DNA from: Vicugna vicugna
Taxonomy: Eukaryota
DNA: 64,000 nt
Direction of reading: 5' to 3'
Assembly: GCA_013265495.1 (NCBI GenBank)
Contig: MU058781.1
Coordinates: 2,148,158 to 2,212,157, forward strand
The stretch's first letter is position 1. The number at the start of each line of letters is the position of its first letter. Below, in pieces: positions 1 to 12,349 of this stretch. Made by a program: the position numbers and the translations under genes. A model generated the notes under the pieces. That model saw only the letters and a list, made by a program, of their open reading frames with translations, searched no databases and was not told where the DNA came from.

Positions 1-710
1 TTCAGATTTGTTGCCACCTTTGTAGAACAAGACCAGAGGAAAAGGTGGTGTAAAAGAAAGATCAGGTCTTACACTGAGCTTGCTGATGGAGAATGAGTTC
101 TTGTGTTGTGAAGGAAGACTATCTCAGACTTACCAAATAGATACTTAGGTCATTTATGTTCTGAAGTCGAACTCTTGTTAATTCATAAAATAGTACCTGA
201 AGTGTTAGGGTATAAAGAAAAAAAACAGGACCAATGGCACATCTTTGAGGAGTAGAATTTGGGCTCACCTCTTAGCCCTCACCTCCAGCTTCTAATGGAA
301 TCTTAACAGAAGTCTCCCATTCCACTGTTGTTCTTGATCTGCTCTTAACCTTCCATTATTCATCACTGTCAGACTTTCTTTTGGCCAATTTTATGAATAT
401 TCTTCAGGGCCAGAGTTCTGGGGACTGATCTGCCAAATGGAATTCCATCAGGTGGCTTTCTTGCAAATCAAGAGTTTATCACTAGATGGTGTAGTGGTTC
501 TATTTTACTTTTCCTTTGTTTTTGGCCATTCTTATCTGTGAACCAGCCCTAATTAGATCAGTCTGTACTTTTGGACTCAATTGCATGGGCTACATCTATG
601 TTAATTTTTTCTGATTAAAAAAACACGTGAGGAAATTAAATATAATTAAAATCACTATGTTATCACTAACATTTAATTTTAAATTTAACTTTAATTTTAA
701 AGAATGTTAA

Positions 711-836
711 TATGGTAGCTCACAGAGAAAGGAATGTGACAATGAATATATATATATTCATGTATAACTGAAAAATTGTGCTCTACACTGGAATTTGACA
801 CAACATTGTAAAATGATTATAAATCAATAAAAATGT
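711..836 (+). mobile_element. Young L1 extreme 3' tail, 5'-truncated
   Basis: GGTAGCTCACAG...GCTCTACACTGGAATTTGACACAACATTGTAAAATGATTATAAATCAATAAA recurs at 10.6, 20.6 and 30.5 kb; TSD ttaaa(g/a)aatgttaa at 697-710 and 837-850. Confidence 0.85.
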
Positions 837-1074
837 TTAAAAAATGTTAAGAAACAATGTTCAGGGGTTATTGACAAATTAGAAAATCACATTTTATGAT
901 TTTGGCAAGTCATTAGTCTGGACCTTGCTTTATGTATTTTTCATAAATATGTGTTCCAACTCAATACATAATGGTCTTTATCTAATTTAATAGTGTATAG
1001 TGATTTTAGTTGCACAGTTGGTCAACTTGTTGGGATAAAAGGAAATACACCAACATATCACAATTGGTCTTGTA

Positions 1075-1200
1075 CCAGGAGACTTGGTTTTAAATTTCTG
1101 CTCTGCCACTTAGGACTTTAACTTGTCCGAGTTGTTTTGCTCCTGTGATCTTCAGTTTTCTCATCAGTAAATGAGGATAATAGCTCATGTTGCATGCAGT
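1075..1200 (+). mobile_element. MIR SINE fragment
   Basis: MIR core-like ctctgccactta...cttcagttttctcatcagtaaatgaggataatag. Confidence 0.7.
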
Positions 1201-4159
1201 GTGCTCAGCAAATACTCCATCCCACTGGCTTCTTCCTCTTTTATATCACATGCACAGAGAAGGATGATGTAGTTCTATACTTTGCCATGAGTCTTGATAG
1301 TGAGTTCAAATAACTGTTTCAAAGTGTTTCCATATAGTGCGCATTGCAGTTTTACAGAGGATTTGTTTCAGGTTTAAACTTTCCCATTGAACCATGTGCT
1401 GCTTTGGCAGCAGAGATGACTGAGGGAATTTTTCAGAAACATACCTCAGTGGAAAAAAGTCTGGTTAGAAAACAGAACGGATAAACTTGCTCAGCTAGCG
1501 GATTCCTTGCATTCTCTAAACCAAATATGTACAAGACGAGGAAGCCAAAGCAGCCAACATAAATCCCCCGAAAGATGGTTGTGACTCGCCTGTCAGCTGT
1601 GCACATAGTCATCAGCCACCTCAGATCCTGTTGCAAATGAGCTTTGTGGGTTTGTTTATTGTTCTGCAGAGACAGCCTGCAGTTCAAACACAGAGAAGCG
1701 TTGGTCTCTTCAGCTCCAAAGTTTCTGACCTTAAAAGCACAAGTCTCATCACAAAGTGTGGTCTGTAGCAGCCTTGGAGACAAACGAGCACTCCCAGTCT
1801 TAAAGAAATCAGGACTGAACTTAAGGAACCAGAGAAGGGACCAAACAGATTTTCATAAAATGACACCTCTCCTGTCCCTTTTGCTTATTTTTTGTGGGAA
1901 TTGGTATTGGTGGGTGACTCCAAGATATGACCCAAGAAGACACTTGTGTTATCTTTGATGTATAAAATAGGAGAAGGTACAGAGATGAGTGGGAGACATT
2001 GTAGGGCTGAGGAAACAACGATTTTGAGAGACTTCAGACTTTGGAAAGCCCTGTGCATGTTAACTGGGTGGGAAAGTGTCAGATCTGGGTCTTCTCCCTG
2101 GTTCTGACCCTTTGTGCACAGGAGACCTCATATCAAACTTAATTTCTCTGTGACAGTTTCTTCTGCAATAAACACAGAAATAGATGACTTTTTGTTTTCT
2201 CTTAAATGCAGGTTGAAACTTTCAATGGGACAACATCAGTATAGGTCTGTTACTCTTGGATTTTTTTTTAGACTGGACCAGTTTGGCAACTTGAACTTGA
2301 CATCTGCCATATCTATTATAGGTTTAAGCTTTAGTCCATCTTTAGATTTCTTATTTGAAACTTGGAGACTTTGCAATGTGACTGAAAAGGGATGAACATT
2401 TCAAATCTAAAGCATAAACTTCTGTTGTATTCTTTAATAAGTACCTGGAGGAATTATGCAAAGCCTGTATTATTGATAAGTAACCCTTATATTAATGTTG
2501 GTATTCAACTTTCACTCTCAAACCATTTTCACATCTATAATCTTATTTTATTCTCACAAATTGTTCTCATTTAGAGGAAAGATAAAAATCCTTTAAAAAA
2601 AATTAAAGCCGTTTTGCTGGTTAAACACAGGTCTTTTCATGAGACCAGGGCAGCTATTTGGACAAATGCTAACAATAAGAGCAGACCTGAATAATAAGAG
2701 GGGACAGGTGAGCCTCAGAGTCCTGAAGAGATCCCTTTGGAAACAGATCACTTTCTGGGTAACACCTGACTGGCTCATTCTCCTGCCTCAAATGCTTTGC
2801 CTTAAGACTTTCAAAGAAAGGATGCACAAAGGCCCAAATGTGTTCTCACAAGATCTTATTTGGGACGTTAACCTGTTTTCTTCTATCTTACTTGTGATGG
2901 ACATCTCAGTCACCAGAGTTACATGCTGGTGTTGATAGAATGCTCACATCAGCAAAGGTGTCACCGTATTTGTTTTCCAAGATTTTGCTTAACTAAGCAG
3001 ATTATTTCTTCCATACATAAAACAGCATGATTTTCAGAGACTTGCATGTCACCTTAACTGGCTATGCACACCACCAATTATCTGGACAGGAAAAGCTGCC
3101 AAGTCAAAGCCAAAAACTTGAAGTCTTCCTGGACATTTGGAATCCAAAACAGACCGACAGAAAAAAGTGTAATTTTGGCGCCACAGAAATGGGAAGGTGT
3201 TTTACGTCTGTAGTGTGGGGCCTGCAATATGTCAGTAGCAGGTTTGTTGGCTATGGCGGAAAAAATGAACAGCATGCCGCTTAACCTCAGAATCAGGACC
3301 CGGTGAAAACACATCCACCCGTGACACCAGGAGCCTGTCTGTGGTATATGGAACTGTGTTGGTGGAACTATGAAAAGCTTGAACAAAAATTGAGATTACA
3401 GCACTGCCCATAAATAAAGACCAGCTCAATGTTCTGTCAATCCCTCCACAATGGAAGGGACAGGAGGCAGAGATAGTAAACTGGTGAGTAACTCCAAAAG
3501 AATTTTTGCCTGACATTGAAATTTGTACCACTTTACAGTATCTCTTTATATTTTAAAGCTCTTCTTTCTCAAATAGACATAACCCTTGTCTTCACTCACC
3601 ATTTCCAGAAGGGGGCAGAGGTGGTCAAGAGTCAAAGGGTTTCTTTACATGCAGAGTAGATGGAGGATTAAACGGGATCAAGTAGACAAGATTTTTCCTT
3701 TATAACATATGCACAACCATAAAATGAAACTATGAGGGGAGAGACTTAAAAAAACAGTCCAGAAAGTTAACAAAATAAGCCCTTGAAATAGGTTCTGTCA
3801 CTAAAGCAGAGCTTTTCCCATAAGTTAAAATGAGGAGCGTCAAGCTAAAAATAACTAAATTTGTTTTTCTTAAATATCCATTCAGTGTCTTGAATATTGG
3901 AAAATATCAAATATCAACTTGAGAAGTGTATCAGGTCACTTGGTGACGTTTCAGTTGTGTGATGTACCTCAAACAATTCTATGGTTATCTGGGGTTACCC
4001 ATCCAGTCTGGGCTCACCCTTTTCTCCAAAGCTACCAATAACTATGGCTTTTTATATACTGATCAGTTTGGTTTAAAAAAAGGCCCAATCTCTCTAAAAT
4101 TTCCCAGTTCTACCACTTTTTAAGCCACAATGAAACATGGGTCAGGCTACATAGTTAGC

Positions 4160-4340
4160 ACGTACTAAGTGTGTTCTAAAGAGCACTCACTGGCAAAGGC
4201 TCTTGAGAGAAAGAATTCCGTGGCCAAGCAAGTGTGATAAAACTAGCTTTCTATATTCCCGCCTTAGAGATTCACAGCTCACACAACTATATTCAAGACT
4301 TTGAAAAGGTTTGAGCCAAGAACCCTGTCTGGCTTTGTAT
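4160..4340. mobile_element. hAT-Charlie MITE remnant (MER103-like)
   Basis: aagtgtgttct...ttccgtggccaag...ttagagattcaca resembles remembered MER103C; heavily diverged. Confidence 0.45.
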
Positions 4341-5264
4341 AATTGCCATGAATTATCTGAAAAATATCTATCACAAGAAGAGAAATCTCATTAGCTGATT
4401 CTATTGTCTTCTGGAAAGCATTTCCAAGCACATTTTAAAGTTCTACCTGGCGTCCCCATCCCAAAGATCTCTGGCTCAATCACACGAAATTGAAGCAGGG
4501 TTTTAATATCTGAGCTTTAACTTGAGGTTTTAATGCCCACTGCCCAGTATTGCTCCTCTCTGGCCTCCAACATCTGCTTCCTGGCTCCTCCTCCTTCACT
4601 TGGCCTCTGGACTCCGGTACCTTCCCAGCCTTGTGATGTCATGTTTGGCAGGTCTGTGACAGTGCTTCCTGACATCCATCTGGGGTTTCTGGGCCCAAGC
4701 TCCCTGGATGGCACTTGCTCTGTATGCCCAGGCTCATGTTAGTCATAGTTAGTGGGACCCTCATATAAAATCCAAGGTTGCATCTGGCAAGTGTCCAGGG
4801 AGAAGTGCAGGCTCAATGTCACAGCATTTCAGCCAAGGAACAGACCCCTGGGGGCTGGGAAGGGCAGGGGCAGCTTCACAGATGACTTGGCAACAGGACA
4901 GGCCTTGAAAGATGTTTCTAAAGGCAGAAATGGTGGGCCACCGTGAAGAGGAGAAAGGGTAGATGAGGACAGTTCAGGCGGGAGAACAGAAACCCAGGTC
5001 AGGGATCAGGATATGTGAAGCGAATTTTAGACACAGGTGAGGCTGAAGTGGGAGACAGTGGGAGGTAAGATTAAAAGGTAAACACACACCAGATGTAAGG
5101 GCCCTAAGCCAGGCACATGAACTTGAATTTTATCCTAGAGGTGAAGGAAAACCGTTGCAACTTTTTCAGAAGGAAAAGTGCACCTGCACCTGAAGTCATC
5201 GGAAGGAGAGTGATGGGGTGTCACTGCTGCTGCTTTGTCATCGTTGTGTCTGCTCCCTATGTAT

Positions 5265-5440
5265 TAGTGGGAAAGAACAAGGATTTCTGAGTCAGAATCC
5301 CCGATCTAGTCTCATCTATTATGGCTACTTAGGAGCCTGAGAAAGTGACTTAATCTCTCGGAACCTCAGTTTCCTCACACATAAAATGATTCTGAAAGCC
5401 ACCTCAGGTTGTGAGGCTTAAACAGTACGGTACCTGTCAG
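5265..5440 (+). mobile_element. MIR SINE fragment
   Basis: aagtgacttaatctctcggaacctcagtttcctcac...ggttgtgagg MIR core. Confidence 0.75.
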
Positions 5441-6859
5441 GTGACAGTGCTGTTGGAATGAAACACGACTGCAGACTTGCTTAGTAACGCCATGCACTTG
5501 GCAACCATCCTGACCTGCAGCTTTCCAGCAACGCCGGCTGCTCAGCTGCTTGCCTCTCGCGGGACCCCTGAGCCCACGCTGCCCACAACAGGGAGAACCA
5601 TGCCTCTACCATATTTTACCTTCTTAACTAAGTTGCTGCTTTATTTTCGTTCCCGTGGAGGCCCTTATTTCTCTGTTGTCCTCATTAGCACTAGCATCTG
5701 CTGTCAGCAACACACAGAGGCAGCCACCTGGACAGGCTCAGGGAGTATGACTTCTTGAAACCCAATCCACCCAATTACCTCCCTTGCAAAGAAGCCAGTC
5801 AGAGCGTCAGAAGGAGGTGAAACCCATTGACCCCAAGCTGGCAGTTTCTGCCTAGAGCTGGAAAACTAGAATTCCCTTTGTAGCTTCTCCCTTTTTTCTT
5901 TTTAGAGTTAGTTAATTGGGGGAGGGAATGCCTGGTGAGAATTCTTTGTGATGTCTCTTATCTGGACACTACCTGGGGCTCAAGGCACTGCAAATAAGTA
6001 AGAATAACCTCTTATGTGTACGAATTTGTTTTAAACCATAAGATATTCAGCAAATAGCTATCACTAGCCAGAGATGTATTTCTGTCCTTTGATGTACTGC
6101 TTTTCTCCCTACCCTCTCTCTACATGCTGGGATTTTATAAAATTAATGTTAACTTCCTCCCCTCCACCCAGACTCTCCTTCTGGACTGAAGGCCTCACTT
6201 TCTCCTCATGGGGCAGCTCCCTCATCATGTGCCCATGTGGCCCCTTGTCTCTGACCTTGCCGGCTCCCCCTCACCACAGGCACAACACCCACCGTGGCAG
6301 CCTGCTTGCTCAGTGGAGCTGTACCTGGACTTGGCTCCTGGGGCAAGACTTGAGTAGGCTGCTAACGGTCGACTCTCAGGATGCAGAGCCTGAGGACGCA
6401 GGGGGCCAACTGTATGTATCTGTCCATGTTTATAATACACATATAGAATATATCCACATTTTGAATTTGACCTTTAGACTGAGATGGCTCCAGCTGCTAT
6501 TTTCATGAAATAAGCTGAGTCAGTCAGGTGATTCTAGTTTCGGGTGTATTTGTAATCCATATAGGGTGCCTGCCTCCCTACCAGGCATGCCAGGAAATGC
6601 AGGAGCCCTGAGAGTGATTTCTCTGGTTTTCCACCATGAGCTGACGTCTGCCTTCCATGGCTCACTGTGCTACCTGATTATCACAGAGAGAGAACTAGCA
6701 GGAGCTCCTTTCCCAGCAGCTATAAAATGCCAGCTAAGTGGCTTTATTTGCAAATTGCCAAATACAACCACTAGGTTGTTTCTACACAAGAATGCCTGCG
6801 TAAACAAATCTTTAGACCCTCAGGATTCAAACAAGGTGAACTGATGAAAAAGTCCTGGG

Positions 6860-7050
6860 AGTGACAGATACAAACTACTATACACAAAATAGATTAGCAA
6901 CAAGGATTTACTGTATAGCACAGGGAACTATATTTAATATCTTCTAATGACCTATAATGGAATATAATCTGGGAAAAAAGACTGAATCACTATGCTGTAC
7001 ACCTGAAACTAACACAATACTATAAATCAACTATACTTCAATTCTAAAAA
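6860..7050 (+). mobile_element. Older L1 3' tail (cetartiodactyl-type)
   Basis: ctgtatagcacagggaactatat...gctgtacacctgaaactaacacaat...caactatacttcaatt plus A tail; degenerate TSD aaaagtcctgg / aaaatccttgg. Confidence 0.85.
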
Positions 7051-7896
7051 AAATCCTTGGACAAGTTAACAGCTTCTTTTAAGTCAGAGCACTGTGCTCT
7101 GCTTTGCTTTGCTGAGCTCTGCCCAGAGCTGAGAGTTAAGACCTGGAGATTCCTGTCCCGATCTTGTTCCTTGAACTTTCAGCAAGTATCTTCCCCCCAT
7201 CTCAGCCTCTGTGGCCTTTTTTCTTTTTGCTTGTAAAACTTTGTCATGTCCAGGATGGATCAGAGGATCTTTACCCAGTTCTGGAAACTCTGAGATGAGT
7301 ATTATGTTAACAGGAAGCTCCTTAAGGGAGGAGATGATCCCAAGGGAAGCAGCCTAAAAACAAACAGAACTCATCTTTTACTTTCTCCCTGCCCTGGGCA
7401 CCTCCACTTTCTACCACTTGCTCCTGGTCTTCAAGTTTCCAAATCTTACAAGAATTTCCCATAGGGACTGTTTTGGGCCCGAAAGAGATTCTCAAAACAT
7501 CTAATACCTTGAAACCAAAAGAGGCAGACCGCTTTTTGTATTTAAATGGAAATTTTAAATGACAAATCAAAACCAAAACCAGAAACAAAACCCTTCTTGC
7601 CTAGGAAGCAGTAACACGTTGAAAGTTTAATTGGCTATGAGGAGAATCTGACACCTCCAGTACAAGTGGCAGGGCAGGCATAGCTGGGCTGTGGGTGAGC
7701 CTAGTCTTTAGCGGGCCCCTACCCTCCCTCAGCGCCCACAGCCTCAAGTGGCCAGAGCACCTTCAGTCCACGTCCCCTCGCCCCACCAGCCTCCTGTCAA
7801 TGCCCTGGGTTTCGTGAGAGAATATGTTCATGAAAACGTATTCACAACACTTGTTAAGAATGTGTGGCTGCCACCATCCAGAGGGAACCCTCAGGG

Positions 7897-8297
7897 CAGG
7901 TGTGGGGACGATTGCAATGGGGAGCAGGTCTGTCGGCACCATTTTTCCAACAGCATTTGCTCACTTCGTGTCTTTGTGTCACATTCTGGTAAATTCTCAC
8001 ACTGCTTCAAACTTTTCATTATTATTATATTTGTCATGGGGATCTGTGATCAGTAATCTTTGATATTATTACAACTCGCTGAAGGATAAGATGACAACGT
8101 TTTTTAGCAAGAAAGTATTTTTAAATTAAGATATGTACATTGTTTTCAGACACAATGTTATTATTGCACACCTAGACTACAGCAGAGCATAACCATCACG
8201 TTTACAGGAAAGGAAAGCAGCGGAAAACAACCAACCCGTGGCTCGCTTTACTGAGATGGTCTGGAACGGGACCCACAAGGTCTCCGAGGTATGCCTG
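7897..8297 (+). mobile_element. Tigger1 internal-deletion derivative, 5' end lost
   Basis: Collinear with the copy at 35701-36182; ends in TIR gaggtatgcctg followed by TA. Confidence 0.85.
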
Positions 8298-8510
8298 TAC
8301 CTGTTTTCGCAAAGTGAGAGAAACCTGAAGAGGATTTTTGCTTTTAAGAACAAAAGTGAAAAGCGAGAGTAGCGTCGGTGCTTTATCTCAATTTATTTTG
8401 TGCGTCCGTTTGTGAGATGTGCCCTGAGGTCACTGTTCCTTTGCTTTATGCCATTTGAGATTATGAAAGGTTTCATAGGAACACTCTACTTGCTGAGAGA
8501 GGGGGAGGCC
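8298..8510 (-). mobile_element. Older Tigger-type DNA transposon fragment abutting the Tigger1 derivative
   Basis: tacctgttttcgc...gaagaggatttttgctttta and aaaggtttcataggaacactctact resemble a remembered Tigger-family MITE; subfamily not assigned. Confidence 0.5.
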
Positions 8511-9309
8511 GCACCTCTCAAATCTCTCCACCTGGCACACGGCTGCTGAGCTGTCCACAGGCAGGTGCACCGGGAGGCCCTGCCCCGAGGGAAACTCTCA
8601 TTTCAGTAACACACGTTCAACTGTGCCCTGCCTTTGCTTTTGTAAAGGGGTTTACTAAAAAGGAACTTGGGCTCCTTGGCTTTAAATATCAAAGCAATGT
8701 TTCTCTCCTAAAAAATAAAATCTTTCTTTTGGCTCCTCTGAAAGTTACCGATAGACTACAGTGGGGAAAGCAGGGAAGGAGCAAGGGGAAGAGAAACCCT
8801 GGCACCAGCGCCTGGAAAACGGCTCTCCGTGGGTGGAAAATGTTCCAGTTGTTTCTCCCAGGCAAGACTTGAAGCAGAGAAATCACGAAGAAAAGCGCAT
8901 GGAAAATCAGAGCAAAATATTTTTAGCTGGTTGACCTTTTAGTAAGACTAGTATCTCCTTTAAAAGGAAAAATTATCAAAAGAATGTTATGTTACTAATA
9001 CTTGGAGGGAGGCAGGAGGTTGGGAGGATAAGCCAGAGGTAAAAATATCCAAGTTTGTGGTACATATTTTAGAGGCTTGAGTGCCCAGCAGCTCATCTTT
9101 CTGGGCCGGATGGTACCAGAGCTTTGCTCTTGCTATAACTGCATCCCTTGCCTGTTGGAATGTGTCATTTCTTAACTCTCAAAATGTTCCCATACAGCTT
9201 CCTCCTTCCCTTCCTTCCTTCTCCTCCCTCCCTCCTTTCTTTCCTTTCTTCCTTCTCATTTTCCTCACTGCATCCAGGAAAAAGCAGCAGCTGGGAGCTG
9301 GTGAGGCTT

Positions 9310-9490
9310 CCAGTTAAGAGCACAGATTTCAGTCCTGTTGGCCTGAATCTGAGTCTGGACTCTGCTACCTACACTATGAGTGACCTTGGACAAGTTACAT
9401 ACTTTCTCTGGGCCTCAGTTTCACCATCTGTGTGATGGGAAGAGTAATGGTGCCCGCCTTACAGGGTAGTTGGGATGATTGAATGATAGG
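9310..9490 (+). mobile_element. MIR SINE
   Basis: tgaccttggacaagttac...ctctgggcctcagtttcaccatctgt...cagggtagttgggatgatt. Confidence 0.85.
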
Positions 9491-10529
9491 GCACGAAACA
9501 CACGCCCTCCGTAAAACTGAGTTCTCGGGACAAAGGCAGGAGCTTGGAGAAACCAAGTCTCAGGAGACCGTCTGCTGAGGTGAGTTGTATGTAGGGTAAG
9601 CCAGCCGCGAGGGTGCCCACCAGAGGAGGCGGAGCGAGCCACAACCCGCAGGAAGCACACGGTCCTCCCGGCTCTTCTACCAGCCGCACCAAGGCTTTCC
9701 CTTTCCTCAGAAAGTCTCCCTGACGCCAGGGTCTGCTGGAAAGAAGTGATACCCCAGGGTCTGCTGTTATGTTAGGGACTCTGTGGGGTCCAGACCTCCT
9801 GCATCTACTAACATTCTTTCCTATTTAACCAGAAGGAGATTTCCAAATCGTTTTCACCCCTGCCAAGACCCAGTCCCACCTCTGTCCTTCTCCTCCCTAG
9901 TCCCCTCACTCTGCACATGACCTGGGCTCATCCGAGGGACCTCCACTTCTCTCACCTGCCTGCTTTCCTCACCTATCCTTCCCTCCTTCCTGCCCCGTCT
10001 TCCTCTCCAAGGCTCCCAACTTTGACTTTGAGTCCTCCTACAAACCCACTGACTTTCCTCTACCACCTGTGGCTTCTCTTTCCGGTCCCATGACTGTCTC
10101 CCCATAGGTGATGAACAGCCTCCCATCTCTAGTCTCCTTGAGTGGAGATGTATCTACGCCCAGTTCTTCCTCGCAGCTGCCGGCACATCTCCCTCCTCCC
10201 TCCTGGGGCTCCCTCCCAGGACCTCCACCCGTGCACAGGTCCATCCTCACTCTCTCGGACTCCACCTACCCAGGCCTCCCGCGTGTCGAGGCCAAAACCC
10301 TCTTTCCCGGCACTAGCCTCATGTTCCCTGCTCCACTGTAATATCCCCTTCTTGAAATCTCCTGTTTCCCCACCGCAGTGGTCCTTCTCTGTCTGGATTT
10401 TTCTCTGACACTTCAAGTCCTTGTGTTTCCTGTACTGTGTTCTCTTCTCCCTTCTTCCCCTCCCTACCTCCTCCTTTCTAGATGCACAGGTTCTCCAGGC
10501 CCACAGCCCATTTCTCCAGATACACTTTT

Positions 10530-10704
10530 TTTTTCTTTTTCTTTTTTTTTAAACATTTTTATTGATTTATAATCATTTTACAATGTTGTGTCAAATTCCA
10601 CTGTAGAGCACAATTTTTCAGTTATACATTAACGTATATATATTTATTGTCACATTTTTTTCTCTGTGAGCTACCATAAGATCTTGTGTATATTTCCCTG
10701 TGCT
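10530..10704 (-). mobile_element. Young L1 3' tail with perfect 15-bp TSD
   Basis: Reverse complement of the 711-836 family with a poly(T) head; TCCAGATACACTTTT at 10515-10529 and 10705-10719. Confidence 0.92.
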
Positions 10705-11379
10705 TCCAGATACACTTTTGTCTCTTCTCTTCCTTTCTCTGACTTCATCTCTGAATAACGTGTAAATTGGCACTTTTAGGCCTCACCTCCCTCCCTTTCG
10801 TCCTTCCTTCTTTCCTTCCTTTCTTCTTTCCTTCCTTCCCTCCTATTTCTTCTTTCTCTCCTGCCCTCCCTTCTAATTTGTTCAACAGCTATTCATTGAG
10901 ACTCTTCAGGGAGCCGGCTACTGTACCATAAAATTAAAACAGCAATTACAATAAAGCGTGGGAAGCGCTGGGCAGTGGGAGGGATAGGATACTGTGGGTG
11001 CACCCAGCAGGGGCACCAAATCAGAAAGGGAGTGGGGAAGAGAGGAAAGGTGTTCCCAGAGGAAGCGCCTTTAGGAGAGGATGTGAAGATGAGGGGAGGA
11101 GCAGGTGGAGCCGGAAGGGTGGGGCCCGTGTTCTGGGCGGGTCTGGTGCCCTTGGGCCACCTCATCCTCCCTCACTCATTCTAGCAATCAGATCCCCACC
11201 TTCCCAGGCATCTTGTGACAGACACTTTACACTGACAGGTTTCACACCGAACGTGTTACCTCGTCTCATTCTTTCCATGCTGCCGTCTCAGGTTTGCTCC
11301 CCTCTTCCGTTGGTTCCACCTTTGCAACGTCTGTCTCTCCTTCTCCTTCTGCCATTCCATCCAAAGTCCCTTGTTCTTT

Positions 11380-11710
11380 TAGCCCTTCTATTTTAGCTGG
11401 GACCTCCAATCTCTTCCTCATTGTTGTCCACATACTTCTGCTTTTAGATATTTTCCTAAAATACATTTGAATTGTATCACTCTCTTCCTCAAAAACTCTC
11501 AAATCACCGTAAAATAACATATCCAGCTCTGGCATCATGTACTTCTACCATTTGACTCCACCAAATATTGTAACTTCTGTCCCTCACGACTAATCTCCAG
11601 GGTAAGGTCCAGACCAAGCCACGTGGCTGCCATGAGGGATCAGACATGCTCACTGCTTCTCTATCTCCAGAATTTGCATAAACAGTCTTCCCTCCTGGAA
11701 TACCCTCTCT
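11380..11710 (+). mobile_element. L2 LINE fragment (probable)
   Basis: Pyrimidine-rich; tcactctcttcctcaaaaactctcaaat...ttccctcctggaataccct is typical of the L2 3' region. Confidence 0.55.
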
Positions 11711-11720
11711 TCCATGGTCT

Positions 11721-12281
11721 TTTTAAAAATTATGGCAAAATATATATAACAAAATTTACTGTCATAACCATTTTAAAATGTAGAGTTTAGTGGCATTAAG
11801 TACTTTATTGCCCAGCCATAACTACCATCTGTCCATAGAACTCTTTTTCACCTTCTGCACCTGGAACTCACACCCATTAAGCACCAACTCCCCATCCCCC
11901 TTCCCCAGCCCCTGGAAACCAGTCTTTTACTTTCTTTCTGCCTCCATTGACTACTCTAGGAACCTCATATAAGTGGAACTATGCGGTATTCGTCCTTTAG
12001 TGACTGGTTCATTTCACCTAGCATGGTATCCTCAAGTTTCTTTGCTTTCAATTCTTTTACGTATATATCCAGAAGTGAGATGCTGGCTCATATGGTAATT
12101 CTACTTTTTAATTTTTTGAGAAACAATCATATTGTTTTCCATAGTAACTATACCATTTTACATTCCCAAAAAAGAATGTACAAGGGTTCCAGTGGCTCCA
12201 CATCCTCTCTAACACTCCTTTCTTTTTGTCTTTTCTTTCTTTTTTTGTTTTGACAGTAGCCATCCTAATGGGTGTGAAGTG
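11721..12281 (-). mobile_element. L1M (MA/MB-type) 3' end with internal deletion
   Basis: Antisense L1 3'UTR/ORF2 end (ccccagcccctggaaacc...tagccatcctaatgggtgtgaagtg); TSD cttcca(tg/ca)gtct at 11709-11720 and 12282-12293. Confidence 0.9.
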
Positions 12282-12349
12282 CTTCCACAGTCTCCTTTCG
12301 AAACCTTTATATTCTTCAAAAATTAGTAGATGATTTTTGCATCTTTATT

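Noticed and set aside
1435..1585. Protein-looking frame (QWKKVWLENRTDKLAQLADSLHSLNQIC)
   Set aside because: Weak acceptor, no donor before the stop, no recognised homologue; TBLASTN would settle it.
2211..2395. Strong acceptor and RT-like LNLTSA peptide
   Set aside because: No other reverse-transcriptase motifs and no clear donor.
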